Positions 46,152 to 54,637 of a DNA stretch of 64,000 nucleotides are shown one piece after another. The position numbers and the translations under genes were made by a program. Every line of letters starts with the position of its first letter. Positions within the stretch are counted from its first letter, which is position 1. The notes below the pieces were generated by a model. That model was not told the origin of the DNA. It made no database searches and saw only the letters and a program-made list of their open reading frames with translations. The stretch covers positions 2,066 to 66,065 of the forward strand of contig JBGSUL010000018.1 in the NCBI GenBank assembly GCA_041736155.1, in the 5' to 3' direction. Source of the DNA: Bdellovibrionales bacterium (GTDB taxonomy: Bacteria > Bdellovibrionota > Bdellovibrionia > Bdellovibrionales > JAGQZY01).

Positions 46152-46326
46152 TTTAGAAAAATTTAGATAAAGGGGCTTGGGGGTCTTGACCACCAACAAG
46201 AGGGGGCCGTGATGCCACGGAACATGCTTGCCAGAAATCCGTAGGGCCGAAGGTTGGTAGATAGAGACTGTTTGGGAGAGGTTATAAATCTAAAAACCAT
46301 GACTATCGTTTGGAGGGATAAGAGTA
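46152..46326. other. candidate oriT region
   Basis: Locally GC-rich non-coding stretch directly upstream of mobC and the relaxase. Short inverted repeats CCGTG-atgc-CACGG and ACCAAC/GTTGGT. Direct repeat ATTTAGA x2. No nic consensus recognised. Confidence 0.3.
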
Positions 46327-46668
46327 ATGAAAGACAATCATTTAGAAGATCAGATTGTACCTAGAACAACAATTCGTATGACAAAAGAACAATTTCAAAA
46401 AGTGAATTTTTTAGCAAAAGAAATGAAGAAAACTGTACCAAAGGTTTTTTTAGATCTTTTAGATCGAAGAACACCGCAGGTTACTTTGTTAAATAGTGAC
46501 AATGCAGGAAAGATAAAAACTGAGTTAAATCGAATTGGAAACAACATTAATCAAATAGCAAGAAAAGTAAATTCAGGCGAAGCCGTCCTAGGCAGTTCCT
46601 TTGAAGAATTTAAGGAACAGTTAAATGTCCTTTATAACTACATGGTGAGGACAAGTGGCCTACGTTAA
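46327..46668 (+). CDS. mobC: MobC-family relaxosome accessory protein
   Basis: LNRIGNNINQIARKVN matches the MobC signature LxxIGNNLNQIAR. Confidence 0.8.
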   Translation: MKDNHLEDQIVPRTTIRMTKEQFQKVNFLAKEMKKTVPKVFLDLLDRRTPQVTLLNSDNAGKIKTELNRIGNNINQIARKVNSGEAVLGSSFEEFKEQLNVLYNYMVRTSGLR

Positions 46669-48403
46669 AGTTTTAAGAGGTCGAAATATTTTTGATCTCA
46701 ATAAGTACATTTTATTAGGTCGAGATCAATCAGATCCGATTCTTAACAATAAGTGTTTTGGTGAAAATGTTGCTGATCAAATGTATTTAAGTCAGTTGAT
46801 GGTGGGAAAAAGAGATATGGACGCCATACACATCGTTCAATCTTTTGATAACAAGGATAGTAAAAAATTATCACCCGATGAGTACACCAAGATTGGGCAT
46901 GACATGGTGTTAAAAATGTTTCCAGAACATGAGTTCATCGTGGTTACGCATACGGATACAGAGCAAACCCATAACCATATTATGCTCAACCCCTGTCATC
47001 CAGAATCAGGCCGAAAGATACCAAATAAGAAGAGGCTTTTATACGATTTGAGAGATCTAAGTGATAAAATAAGTAATGAGCGAGGGTTATCGATTATTGA
47101 GTCTCAGTCAGTCTTAAATTGGGAAAGTATGACTGAAAAGGTTCGTGCAATCAATAAACGAGGGGGTTTTTCGTGGGTTATTGATCTTCAGGAAAAATGT
47201 GATTTTGCAAAAAGTATAGCCACATCATTTGATGAGTATGCAGGAATATTGAATCAATTTTCAATTGAAGTAAGAGTCGAGAATAAAAACATTCAGTACA
47301 TTTACCCAGGAAGACGGTCTAAGCGCGGAGGCACAAAAGGGCTTGGTGAGAATTACACAAAAAATGGGCTTATTGATAAGTTTCGTCAAAACTATGAAGA
47401 GTTTTATCAAAAGGGCTTTAAAAAGAAGTCGATTGACGAAATAGATTTTAACGATCATTGGAAGTTCCATCGAGGAAACGAAAAATACATTGTTCCAGAA
47501 TACAGATACAAAGATTTAATTGTGCCTCTTGAATTATTCAAAAAGGCCAGCGCGATAAACTTAAAAGAGTATTGTGAGAAAACTGGCATTGAATTTTCAA
47601 AATCTGGTGATGAATTTTCGTTATTAGAAAAGCCAAACATTGTATTTGATAAGCATACTTGGAAGAACATTGATAAAAAAACATCTGGCACATCTTTGGA
47701 GTTCATTTCTTATCTAAAAAACACAGGCTTTTTAGATACGTTGAGAGAGCTTGATGATTCAGGAAAGATAAAACAACTTCAATCGTCTCTTGAGATTAAA
47801 AAACCATCCTTTCAGGCGTTCTTTATAAAGTCAGAGGTGAAATCAACTGAATTTGATTCTCAAAGAAAATTAATGTCAGATCTCGGGTTTTCGGGAAGAG
47901 CTTTGAGCGGTCTTTTAAGGCAATCAAGAGTTAAGGCTTATAAGAACGGAAATGTAAAAGTCTTTTCTCAAAATAACAACAAGTTAAGTCTGACATTTTA
48001 TAACATTGTTGATGATTGGTCATGCCATAAAAGTTCAGGGTTAAATCATCTTTTTTATCAAAGTATTAATAAAAAGAATAAAAAAACTCTGATTTTTTCA
48101 AACCCGATAGATTTTTTAAGTAGCAATAAATTTTTGGATTTGTGCGAGTTAAACAACTTTCCTTTTAATATTTTAGTTCCAATGACGCCAGTAAACTTAT
48201 TTTTAAACGAGAACCAAAAATCTTTAGAAGAGTTGAAAAATGTATTCGTCGTTCATCCGAAGGTTCCCGTTATTTGGGGAAGTCAAAGAAAGGTCGAGAA
48301 AAATGCAGAAGATTTGTTGAAAACTCTATTTGAGAGAAACATTGGATATAAAACGATAGATGATCTTTTAAAAGACATCCTTGTTCGCTCAAGAGAGCTT
48401 TAG
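46655..48403 (+). CDS. relaxase / mobilisation nuclease (MobA/VirD2 family) with an uncharacterised C-terminal half
   Basis: HTDTEQTHNHIMLNP is the HxDxxxxHxH three-His motif. N-terminus AYVKVLRGRN. GTG start overlapping the mobC end. Confidence 0.85.
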   Translation: MAYVKVLRGRNIFDLNKYILLGRDQSDPILNNKCFGENVADQMYLSQLMVGKRDMDAIHIVQSFDNKDSKKLSPDEYTKIGHDMVLKMFPEHEFIVVTHTDTEQTHNHIMLNPCHPESGRKIPNKKRLLYDLRDLSDKISNERGLSIIESQSVLNWESMTEKVRAINKRGGFSWVIDLQEKCDFAKSIATSFDEYAGILNQFSIEVRVENKNIQYIYPGRRSKRGGTKGLGENYTKNGLIDKFRQNYEEFYQKGFKKKSIDEIDFNDHWKFHRGNEKYIVPEYRYKDLIVPLELFKKASAINLKEYCEKTGIEFSKSGDEFSLLEKPNIVFDKHTWKNIDKKTSGTSLEFISYLKNTGFLDTLRELDDSGKIKQLQSSLEIKKPSFQAFFIKSEVKSTEFDSQRKLMSDLGFSGRALSGLLRQSRVKAYKNGNVKVFSQNNNKLSLTFYNIVDDWSCHKSSGLNHLFYQSINKKNKKTLIFSNPIDFLSSNKFLDLCELNNFPFNILVPMTPVNLFLNENQKSLEELKNVFVVHPKVPVIWGSQRKVEKNAEDLLKTLFERNIGYKTIDDLLKDILVRSREL

Positions 48404-48430
48404 ATAAATAATTTTAATAAGGAGAGGTAT

Positions 48431-48775
48431 ATGAGTAATGAAGAAATCGTAGAAAAAGATTTAGTTGTAAAATTAGGTTCTAGAGCACGAATTCAGGCTG
48501 AGAAGATTATGCTTGAGATCAATTCGGTAGAAAACTATCCCAAGAAAATTACTTTTAAAGATTTGCTTGAGTATGTTCTTGAGAAAATTCCGTCAACCTA
48601 CGTTGAGGACCTTATAAAGCTCAGAATCCAACCAGAAGATACGTTGAAGCAAATGTATCTCAATTCTGGATCGACTTTGAGTTATCCAGAGTGGTTGCTT
48701 GAACGAATGGCAATGCTTGAATCGTTTGAAAAGAAGGGCGCGAAAAAGAAAGTCCAAGGGGGATTGAGTGTCTAA
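48431..48775 (+). CDS. hypothetical protein
   Basis: ORF track. AAGGAGAGG SD. Confidence 0.35.
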   Translation: MSNEEIVEKDLVVKLGSRARIQAEKIMLEINSVENYPKKITFKDLLEYVLEKIPSTYVEDLIKLRIQPEDTLKQMYLNSGSTLSYPEWLLERMAMLESFEKKGAKKKVQGGLSV

Positions 48776-49034
48776 GTGCGGTGTATTTGGTTTAAGTCTT
48801 TTGATTTTGAGTGGGTGTGCTTCAAATTGCAAATTGAAGGATGAGGTGTTTGGTGTTCTTAGGAGGCAGAATGTTGTGCTAGAGGGAATTTTAAGTCGTC
48901 GTAAGCAAAAAGATTTTCAAGATAAAGTTTTGGAATACGGATTGATCCCTGGTGAGGATTCACTCATTGCGGGATTAGGTACTGTTGTAAGAAGTAATAA
49001 TGTGCTTTTAGAAGGAGGTCATACATGCAAGTAA
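48768..49034 (+). CDS. small putative lipoprotein
   Basis: LSLLILSGC lipobox. Non-ATG start in the ORF track. Confidence 0.35.
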   Translation: MSKCGVFGLSLLILSGCASNCKLKDEVFGVLRRQNVVLEGILSRRKQKDFQDKVLEYGLIPGEDSLIAGLGTVVRSNNVLLEGGHTCK

Positions 49035-49210
49035 CTTTTCAGGAAGTGGTGGCAATTAAAGATGAAGAAATATATCGAGATATTGGAAAGCTCGAATTTG
49101 CAACTGAGGATTACGAGGAGACTGCAGAAGACTGCGAAGAAGATAATGAGGCAGCTTTTTCGGCTTTGGTATGGCTAGGAAAGCTATTGAAGGCGATCTT
49201 AGGAAGGTAA
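49025..49210 (+). CDS. small, very acidic hypothetical protein
   Basis: ORF track. EDYEETAEDCEEDNE acidic run. Confidence 0.25.
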   Translation: MQVTFQEVVAIKDEEIYRDIGKLEFATEDYEETAEDCEEDNEAAFSALVWLGKLLKAILGR

Positions 49211-49353
49211 TAGGAAAATCGTACCCTAAAGGTGAAAATGGGTAGGAGATTTTCCTACATTCTTTGTAAATGTATGATTTTACTGTATATTTAACGATAG
49301 TACGAAATCCACCCATTTTAGTATTTGGGTTGAGCTTGTGCCCTTTTACTCAT

Positions 49354-49395
49354 TACTAATTGCAACCCAAAATTAAATATGGGTTGCAATTAGTA
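49354..49395. promoter_or_regulatory. 16-bp perfect inverted repeat, candidate AbiEi operator
   Basis: TACTAATTGCAACCCA (49354-49369), a 10-nt spacer, then TGGGTTGCAATTAGTA (49380-49395). It ends 5 nt before the GAGGAG SD of abiEi. Confidence 0.5.
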
Positions 49396-49410
49396 TATTC
49401 GAGGAGTATC

Positions 49411-50031
49411 ATGTTTAGTACAGATATGGGTGAACAATTCGATAAGAAGATTAAATCATTTAAAAAAAAATACGGTAACAAGCAGTTTACTTACTCTGAA
49501 GCTATTGAGTTTGGGTTCTCGCACGCTGAGTTTTATCGGCATGTGACCACTCAACTTTTTGAGCGAGTTCACAAAGCTACATATCGTTTTGATGATTACC
49601 TGCCTTTGACTCAGCCTGAACAATTTAGGGATGCACTCCAGTTAGTGGGACATCACTCTGCTATTTGTCTTACATCTGCATTAAGTTATTACAGATTAAC
49701 AGATATTGTAGTTACAAAGCCGTGGATTCTTGTTGATCACACAACAACGAGTCGATCAAAAATCATCCAGCTTTTTAGAAAACGTAATCCCATGTGGGAT
49801 ATTGGTATTGAAGATATTGATGGCATTAGAATAACGTCTGTGGAACGCACAATAGTAGAAAGCATAGCTTACAGAAACACCTTAACAGGCTACGAAGGGA
49901 TCTATGCCTTGAGAAAAGCCATTTTTCAACATAAAGTTAATCTGCAAGATTTAATGAAAATTGCAAGACAGCTTGGATACACTAAGCGAGTCGATAGTGT
50001 TTTGGAGGCGTATTTAGATGAAGGCGAATGA
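49411..50031 (+). CDS. abiEi: AbiEi-family antitoxin / transcriptional regulator
   Basis: FTYSEAIEFGFSHAEFYRHVTTQLFERVHKATYRF (wHTH-like N-terminus) and ITSVERTIVESI. Overlaps the downstream AbiEii gene. Start at ATG 49411, after the palindrome. Confidence 0.65.
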   Translation: MFSTDMGEQFDKKIKSFKKKYGNKQFTYSEAIEFGFSHAEFYRHVTTQLFERVHKATYRFDDYLPLTQPEQFRDALQLVGHHSAICLTSALSYYRLTDIVVTKPWILVDHTTTSRSKIIQLFRKRNPMWDIGIEDIDGIRITSVERTIVESIAYRNTLTGYEGIYALRKAIFQHKVNLQDLMKIARQLGYTKRVDSVLEAYLDEGE

Positions 50032-50854
50032 AATTTCAAAGAAAATAAAAATAGAATCAGAAAAGCTTGGTCTTCATTTTAATCAAATTTTAACTATGGT
50101 TGCTTATGAGAGGGCTATTCCACGTTTAATATCTGTAAAAACTCTTCAAGAGAACATCATCTTTAAAGGTGGAATGGTAATGCGAGTGGTTTATGGAAGC
50201 GATAGGTTTACTGTGGATCTGGATTTATCTTTTGAGAAACTCTCACCTGAGAAGCTTATGCAATCAGTTGAGGAAGCTTTGTCGACTGATATTGAAGATG
50301 GTTTTTCTTTTAAGCTTGGAAAATGGTCTAAAATTACTGAACATAAAGAATATTCTGGCCTAAGATATACGACTGAGTTTTATTTCAATAAATTAAATAT
50401 TCAGGCCATTCAATTGGATTTTACAGTATCCGAAGTGAGTGATAGTTTTGTGAAGAAAAATGTTACGCTAACTTTTGATAACGGAAAAATTGCATGTAAC
50501 GTCTATTCCATAGAGCAAATATTATCTGAGAAGCTTCATGCCCTAGTTGATCGTGGAGAAGATTCAACTCGCTCAAAGGATTTGTACGACATAAATCTTC
50601 TCTTGAAGCAAAAAGTTAATCCAGCTCGTCTTAAAAAAAGGATTGAGGTGGTTTTTAAAGCCAGAGAAACGGAAGTTCCAAAACACTTTTCGTCTTTTTT
50701 TGACAATGTCAGCAAGAAAAAATTAGAAAATAGCTGGAGTCGTGTTCAACGTCATCTTCCTGGTGAAACCAAGTTCGAAGACGTTATAGGCGAATTTAAT
50801 AAAAATATGAAAATACTTGATTCCATGTTTACGTTTGGCCTTGCAGGTAGATAA
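50018..50854 (+). CDS. abiEii: AbiEii/AbiGii-family nucleotidyltransferase toxin
   Basis: FKGGMVMRVVYGSDRFTVDLDL matches the LKGGTAL...R.S.DLD nucleotidyltransferase signature. SEKLHALVDRGEDSTRSKDLYD also present. Confidence 0.8.
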   Translation: MKANEISKKIKIESEKLGLHFNQILTMVAYERAIPRLISVKTLQENIIFKGGMVMRVVYGSDRFTVDLDLSFEKLSPEKLMQSVEEALSTDIEDGFSFKLGKWSKITEHKEYSGLRYTTEFYFNKLNIQAIQLDFTVSEVSDSFVKKNVTLTFDNGKIACNVYSIEQILSEKLHALVDRGEDSTRSKDLYDINLLLKQKVNPARLKKRIEVVFKARETEVPKHFSSFFDNVSKKKLENSWSRVQRHLPGETKFEDVIGEFNKNMKILDSMFTFGLAGR

Positions 50855-51161
50855 ATTTATTGAATTCAACACTCTAGTTATCTTAAAACTTAATAGCTCA
50901 TGTTAATATTTATTTTAAGAAACCTATAGCGTTTCCGTTCGTCTATTTTAGTAGATTTTGTCGCATTGCTTTTTATATTTTTCACTAGAAATAGATAGGA
51001 GTATGAAATATGTTTATATCGAGAAAAGAAAATCATTTAAAAGATGATTTATGGCTCTTTGAAATTTTGGCGAATATTCGGAATCAAAAATACTCGGTGG
51101 TTTTTGTATGAAAAGGCCCCCCTACTCTTCACCAAAGAGGCAGGAGCCTTTGATTGAGGAA

Positions 51162-51395
51162 ATGCCTTACGTTGCTCCACACCTACCCTCGAAATGGCCC
51201 AGATGGTTGACCACAAAACAAGCGGCAACCTACCTCGGAAAATTTCGGCGAAAAGATGGAACTCCGTCTGAAGGTTCAATCCGCAATATGATTTATCGAA
51301 AGCAACTTGTTGCTAAAAAGTTCGTTGGACGAATTTTGATAGATCGTTTGCATTTGGACCAAGTAATTGGACTTTCTCCACAACCAGGAGGCTAA
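51162..51395 (+). CDS. xis: excisionase-family (AlpA/MerR-like) HTH protein
   Basis: WLTTKQAATYLGKF...SIRNMIYRKQLVAKKFVGRILIDRLHLDQ. It ends 2 nt before the integrase start. ATG 51162 follows a GAGGA SD. Confidence 0.65.
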   Translation: MPYVAPHLPSKWPRWLTTKQAATYLGKFRRKDGTPSEGSIRNMIYRKQLVAKKFVGRILIDRLHLDQVIGLSPQPGG

Positions 51396-51397
51396 TT

Positions 51398-52633
51398 ATG
51401 TCAATCAAAACATGGATCGAAAACGATAAGGTATTTTATCAAGTAGTAGCAGAAAAAAAGTCATGCGTAGTTAAGGGCGTTCGCTCCACTAAAAGACTGA
51501 GAGGTATTTTAGAAGGAGTCACGGCAGAACAGGCTCAAATTGCCATCCCAGAAGATGCTATGAGAAAACTTCGGAAAATGGAGCTAAAACTCTATGCACA
51601 AGTTGAACTCGTTGTATCTAAACAGGAAGGGGCAGGAATCACCTGGAAGAACCTCATTGACCGCTGGGAAAATGAAGTTCTCTGTGATCGCGAGTTACTT
51701 GCTTTTATTGGACTCCATCCTCGAACTGCTGATGGGTATTTAAGAACACTTTTAGATCATACGGACGGCTGGTTTAATCGACCCGCCTCGGATGTAACAT
51801 CTGTGGACTTTGAAGTTCTCATTATGCAGATGAAGAAAATTGGTTACTCTCTCGGCACCATTTACAACGTAAAGACTGCCGTTAATTCTTGTTACAAATG
51901 GGGAATTAAAAAAAGACTTATTCCCAATGTAACTGTGTCACCTACCTACGGTTGCACGATTTCGAGAAAAAATGCACGACGACCTGAGATTTTAAATTTT
52001 ACAGAAATCTGCAAACTTCTCGATGAAGCAAAAAAACGTAACCATGAGTGGTATCCAATTTGGAAACTTGTTTTATACACAGGTTTAAGAAGTGGCGAAG
52101 CTTACGCTTTAAAGGCGAAGGATATTGAGTTTGAAGAAAAACGCATTATTCTTGACACAAAGTTTAACTTTCGCACCAAAAAGGAAGAACAGCTTAAAGA
52201 CTGCGAATGGCGACAGGTTCCAATCAATGAGGAGTTAATGAACTTTCTCATCGAACTCGGTGTTAAGGAGATGCCGTCAAATGACTACATTCTCCCAAAG
52301 CTTCGTTCTTGGCGACAAGGAGAGGCGGCGAAAATACTCCGTCAGTTCTGTGAAGATATTGGAATTAACTCCATTTGCTTTCACACCCTCAGAGCCTGTT
52401 GGGCGACGCAATTATTAAGAAACGGCGTGGCTCAATCGAAGGTTCTCATCATGGGTGGTTGGGCTGATTTGGAAACGATGCAGGTTTATTTACGTCGTGC
52501 AGGAGTGGAAATCATAGGAGCCACAGACTCTTTGCAATTTGAGCGTAAAGAGCGCCCAGGCCGCATCTTTAAATTGCTTGCAAACAATGGAAATAACGAT
52601 TTATCTTATGAAGAAGAAGAGATTTTTGACTAA
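51398..52633 (+). CDS. int: tyrosine recombinase / integrase
   Basis: LVLYTGLRSGEAYAL (Arg I). FHTLRACWATQLLRNG (HxxR). MGGWADLETMQVYLRRA (catalytic Tyr region). Confidence 0.85.
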   Translation: MSIKTWIENDKVFYQVVAEKKSCVVKGVRSTKRLRGILEGVTAEQAQIAIPEDAMRKLRKMELKLYAQVELVVSKQEGAGITWKNLIDRWENEVLCDRELLAFIGLHPRTADGYLRTLLDHTDGWFNRPASDVTSVDFEVLIMQMKKIGYSLGTIYNVKTAVNSCYKWGIKKRLIPNVTVSPTYGCTISRKNARRPEILNFTEICKLLDEAKKRNHEWYPIWKLVLYTGLRSGEAYALKAKDIEFEEKRIILDTKFNFRTKKEEQLKDCEWRQVPINEELMNFLIELGVKEMPSNDYILPKLRSWRQGEAAKILRQFCEDIGINSICFHTLRACWATQLLRNGVAQSKVLIMGGWADLETMQVYLRRAGVEIIGATDSLQFERKERPGRIFKLLANNGNNDLSYEEEEIFD

Positions 52634-52934
52634 AACAAATATGAATGCGGTTGTCGGTCCAGACTTCTTCTAGAGCGACGTTAAAGGTGTAGAATTACTT
52701 ATGGTCCTACATTCACCCCATTTTTCTACTTAATCAAAAGTGCCTTCAAAATAATCAAATGATTCCCAGATCTTATTAAACGAACTCTAATAAAGCAGAG
52801 GACGCCCGAAATGACCAGAAATGTGCCCAAATTTCAGCGTTGGGTAACAGAAAGGTAACACGAGGGTGACACACAGGAAATACAATACTGGAGCTGATTT
52901 CAGGCACTTTTGATCTTTAAAAAAGGAGCCTCTG

Positions 52935-53099
52935 ATGACAAAAGCAATTGTAAAGTTAATCCTCATCATTTTTATAGTTCTGGTAGCCATTCGACAACTA
53001 CCGGCCCTCCATAATGCGACAAAACAACTTTTAGCGAAACGGGCACAAAAGGGATTTTCGTCTCTTGAAAGCTTTAACAATCAACTTTGGAAAAAATAA
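52935..53099 (+). CDS. small (54 aa) single-TM protein with TatA-like architecture
   Basis: AAAAGGAG SD. MTKAIVKLILIIFIVLVAIRQLPALHNATKQLLAKRAQKGFSSLESFNNQLWKK. Below the ORF-track cut-off. Confidence 0.35.
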   Translation: MTKAIVKLILIIFIVLVAIRQLPALHNATKQLLAKRAQKGFSSLESFNNQLWKK

Positions 53100-53139
53100 G
53101 TTTTGGCCCGTAAGTTCATGCCCATAATGTAAACAGACA

Positions 53140-54054
53140 CTATTTTATAAATTTATTTTTTAAGGCCTTAAATAGCATTGTGTAGTTTTCCCAGTATCTC
53201 CTTCTGTTTTCCTCAGAATACTCATGTCGCATATAAAAAAAATCTTCATAAAGCATTCTCAATTCGCTCTCGTTCAGTTTTTGACTAAAATCCAAATGCA
53301 ACATATTGGGCCTAATAACCCACCCATGTAAAAACGGATGCGGGTAAATTCTATATCCGAAGTGTTCTTTTTTTAGATAGTGCTCATACCAGCCTTTTTT
53401 TATCGATTTAGTTTCCATCATCAAAAGTGGATAAAAAACATTAGCATAAAAATCATATCCATTTTTTTTCCTTAAACGTTCATGGAGTTCTTTAATCCGG
53501 TCGAGATTCATAATCTCATCCATGGCCTCTGATTTTGCATAAAAGAAAAAATCGTCGATAACCACCTGTGGAGGAACATCGGCTCCATAGCCCTCGACCC
53601 ACATACGATAGATGTAAATTTTCAGAACCGGTTGCGATTTCGGCTCGAAGAGAGATTCGACAAACTGTTTTCCCTCAAAACCAGGAATATAATCGTATCT
53701 CGTCTTTACTTTATAGTCGTACTTAAATCCCTGCATTTTTTCGTACTCAATAGCTAAATTATTGCAGAGAGAGGCAGAAACCTCCTGCCCTCGAGCCATT
53801 AAAAAATCGTCCAAAGGACCCCTATCAACATGCATTGATAGGGGCTCATATAAACTGATGAGCTCTTTTTGGAGCATCTCTGGACTAAAGGATGTTGTCT
53901 TACCCTTTTCGACAAAGTCGGCCCATGCCCAGCAATGAAGAAACAGATCGACTGTAATGCCTTCGGCACGAATTTCTGAAATAAGCTTTTTTAGGCGAAG
54001 AAAACCTTCTTTATAGAACCTCGGTTGCCCCGAAATACAAAATGCAATCCTCAT
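53140..54054 (-). CDS. hypothetical protein
   Basis: ORF track. MRIAFCISGQPRFYKEG N-terminus. No family recognised. Confidence 0.45.
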   Translation of the reverse strand: MRIAFCISGQPRFYKEGFLRLKKLISEIRAEGITVDLFLHCWAWADFVEKGKTTSFSPEMLQKELISLYEPLSMHVDRGPLDDFLMARGQEVSASLCNNLAIEYEKMQGFKYDYKVKTRYDYIPGFEGKQFVESLFEPKSQPVLKIYIYRMWVEGYGADVPPQVVIDDFFFYAKSEAMDEIMNLDRIKELHERLRKKNGYDFYANVFYPLLMMETKSIKKGWYEHYLKKEHFGYRIYPHPFLHGWVIRPNMLHLDFSQKLNESELRMLYEDFFYMRHEYSEENRRRYWENYTMLFKALKNKFIK

Positions 54055-54137
54055 AAATGCCTCATAACGAGTCTATTCAATGTAAGTAAAAAATCAAAGA
54101 TTGAACTCTTTTACCCAATATATCATACTGAGAATAT

Positions 54138-54623
54138 ATGCTATCACGAAGAGTTTTTAATAAGAACATTCTGTTAGGGTTCATCGGTTCTTTTTATCCA
54201 AAAAATCTAAATCTAAAAGCCACAGACGACAAGCATTCTGTTTTTGCTGCTTTTTTTGTAACTAAATTTAATACAAGTGAAAAGCTCTCTAAAGAAACTT
54301 TTGAATCTAGAAAATCTTCCTATTTTAAAGAAGAGGATTTTCAAAAAATATACTCTGCATTTAAAAGTTCAAAGAAAATTTTAGACAACCGTTTTTCTTT
54401 CGATGGACTATCTTGTACATCTATATTCTTCTTCTCTGACCGATCTGCTTTAGATCAATGGTGCCACGAAATGACAAAACTAACGGTCATCGACAAATCG
54501 ATGCTAGATCTTGGATACACTGATGAGTATTTTGGGCAATATGTGAGTCGCAACTATCTTAATCTAGAGACTGATCAACTTATCACCAGAACTCTAAATA
54601 CAAGAGAAAAATTAATCCTATAA
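54138..54623 (+). CDS. hypothetical protein
   Basis: ORF track only. Confidence 0.4.
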   Translation: MLSRRVFNKNILLGFIGSFYPKNLNLKATDDKHSVFAAFFVTKFNTSEKLSKETFESRKSSYFKEEDFQKIYSAFKSSKKILDNRFSFDGLSCTSIFFFSDRSALDQWCHEMTKLTVIDKSMLDLGYTDEYFGQYVSRNYLNLETDQLITRTLNTREKLIL

Positions 54624-54637
54624 CTTCGATTTACACA

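Larger units (their letters stand above)
22444..52633. mobile_element. integrative conjugative element-like region (minimum functional extent; true ends not identified)
   Basis: Contiguous regulatory operon, F-type T4SS, oriT candidate, MobC plus relaxase, AbiE cargo, and Xis plus integrase at one edge. No flanking direct repeats or tRNA target recognised. Confidence 0.55.

Noticed and set aside
50855-51161. Imperfect inverted repeat TCTATTTTAGTAG ... CACTAGAAATAGA upstream of xis/int, considered as integrase arm sites or attP core.
   Set aside because: Only 7 bp pair perfectly and the sequence is A/T-rich. No second copy was found near either candidate element end.
51049-51279. Minus-strand ORF 51049-51279, and the long version of the excisionase ORF starting at 51108.
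   Set aside because: The minus ORF overlaps the HTH gene antisense. The N-terminal 18 codons of the long form lack an SD, whereas ATG 51162 has GAGGA upstream.
52891-52915. GGAGCTGATTTCAGG resembles the GGGGCTGATTCTGG 5' end of tmRNA. GGCACTTTTGAT resembles the sigma-54 promoter seen at 29753.
   Set aside because: No tRNA-like acceptor or T-arm or tag ORF follows. An SD and a small ORF start 20 nt later. The GG-to-GA spacing is 2 nt too short for a -24/-12 promoter.
52787-53080. Minus-strand 97-aa ORF in the gap after the integrase.
   Set aside because: It overlaps, antisense, the SD-preceded small TM ORF (52935-53099). It has no SD and an odd Cys/Arg-rich composition.
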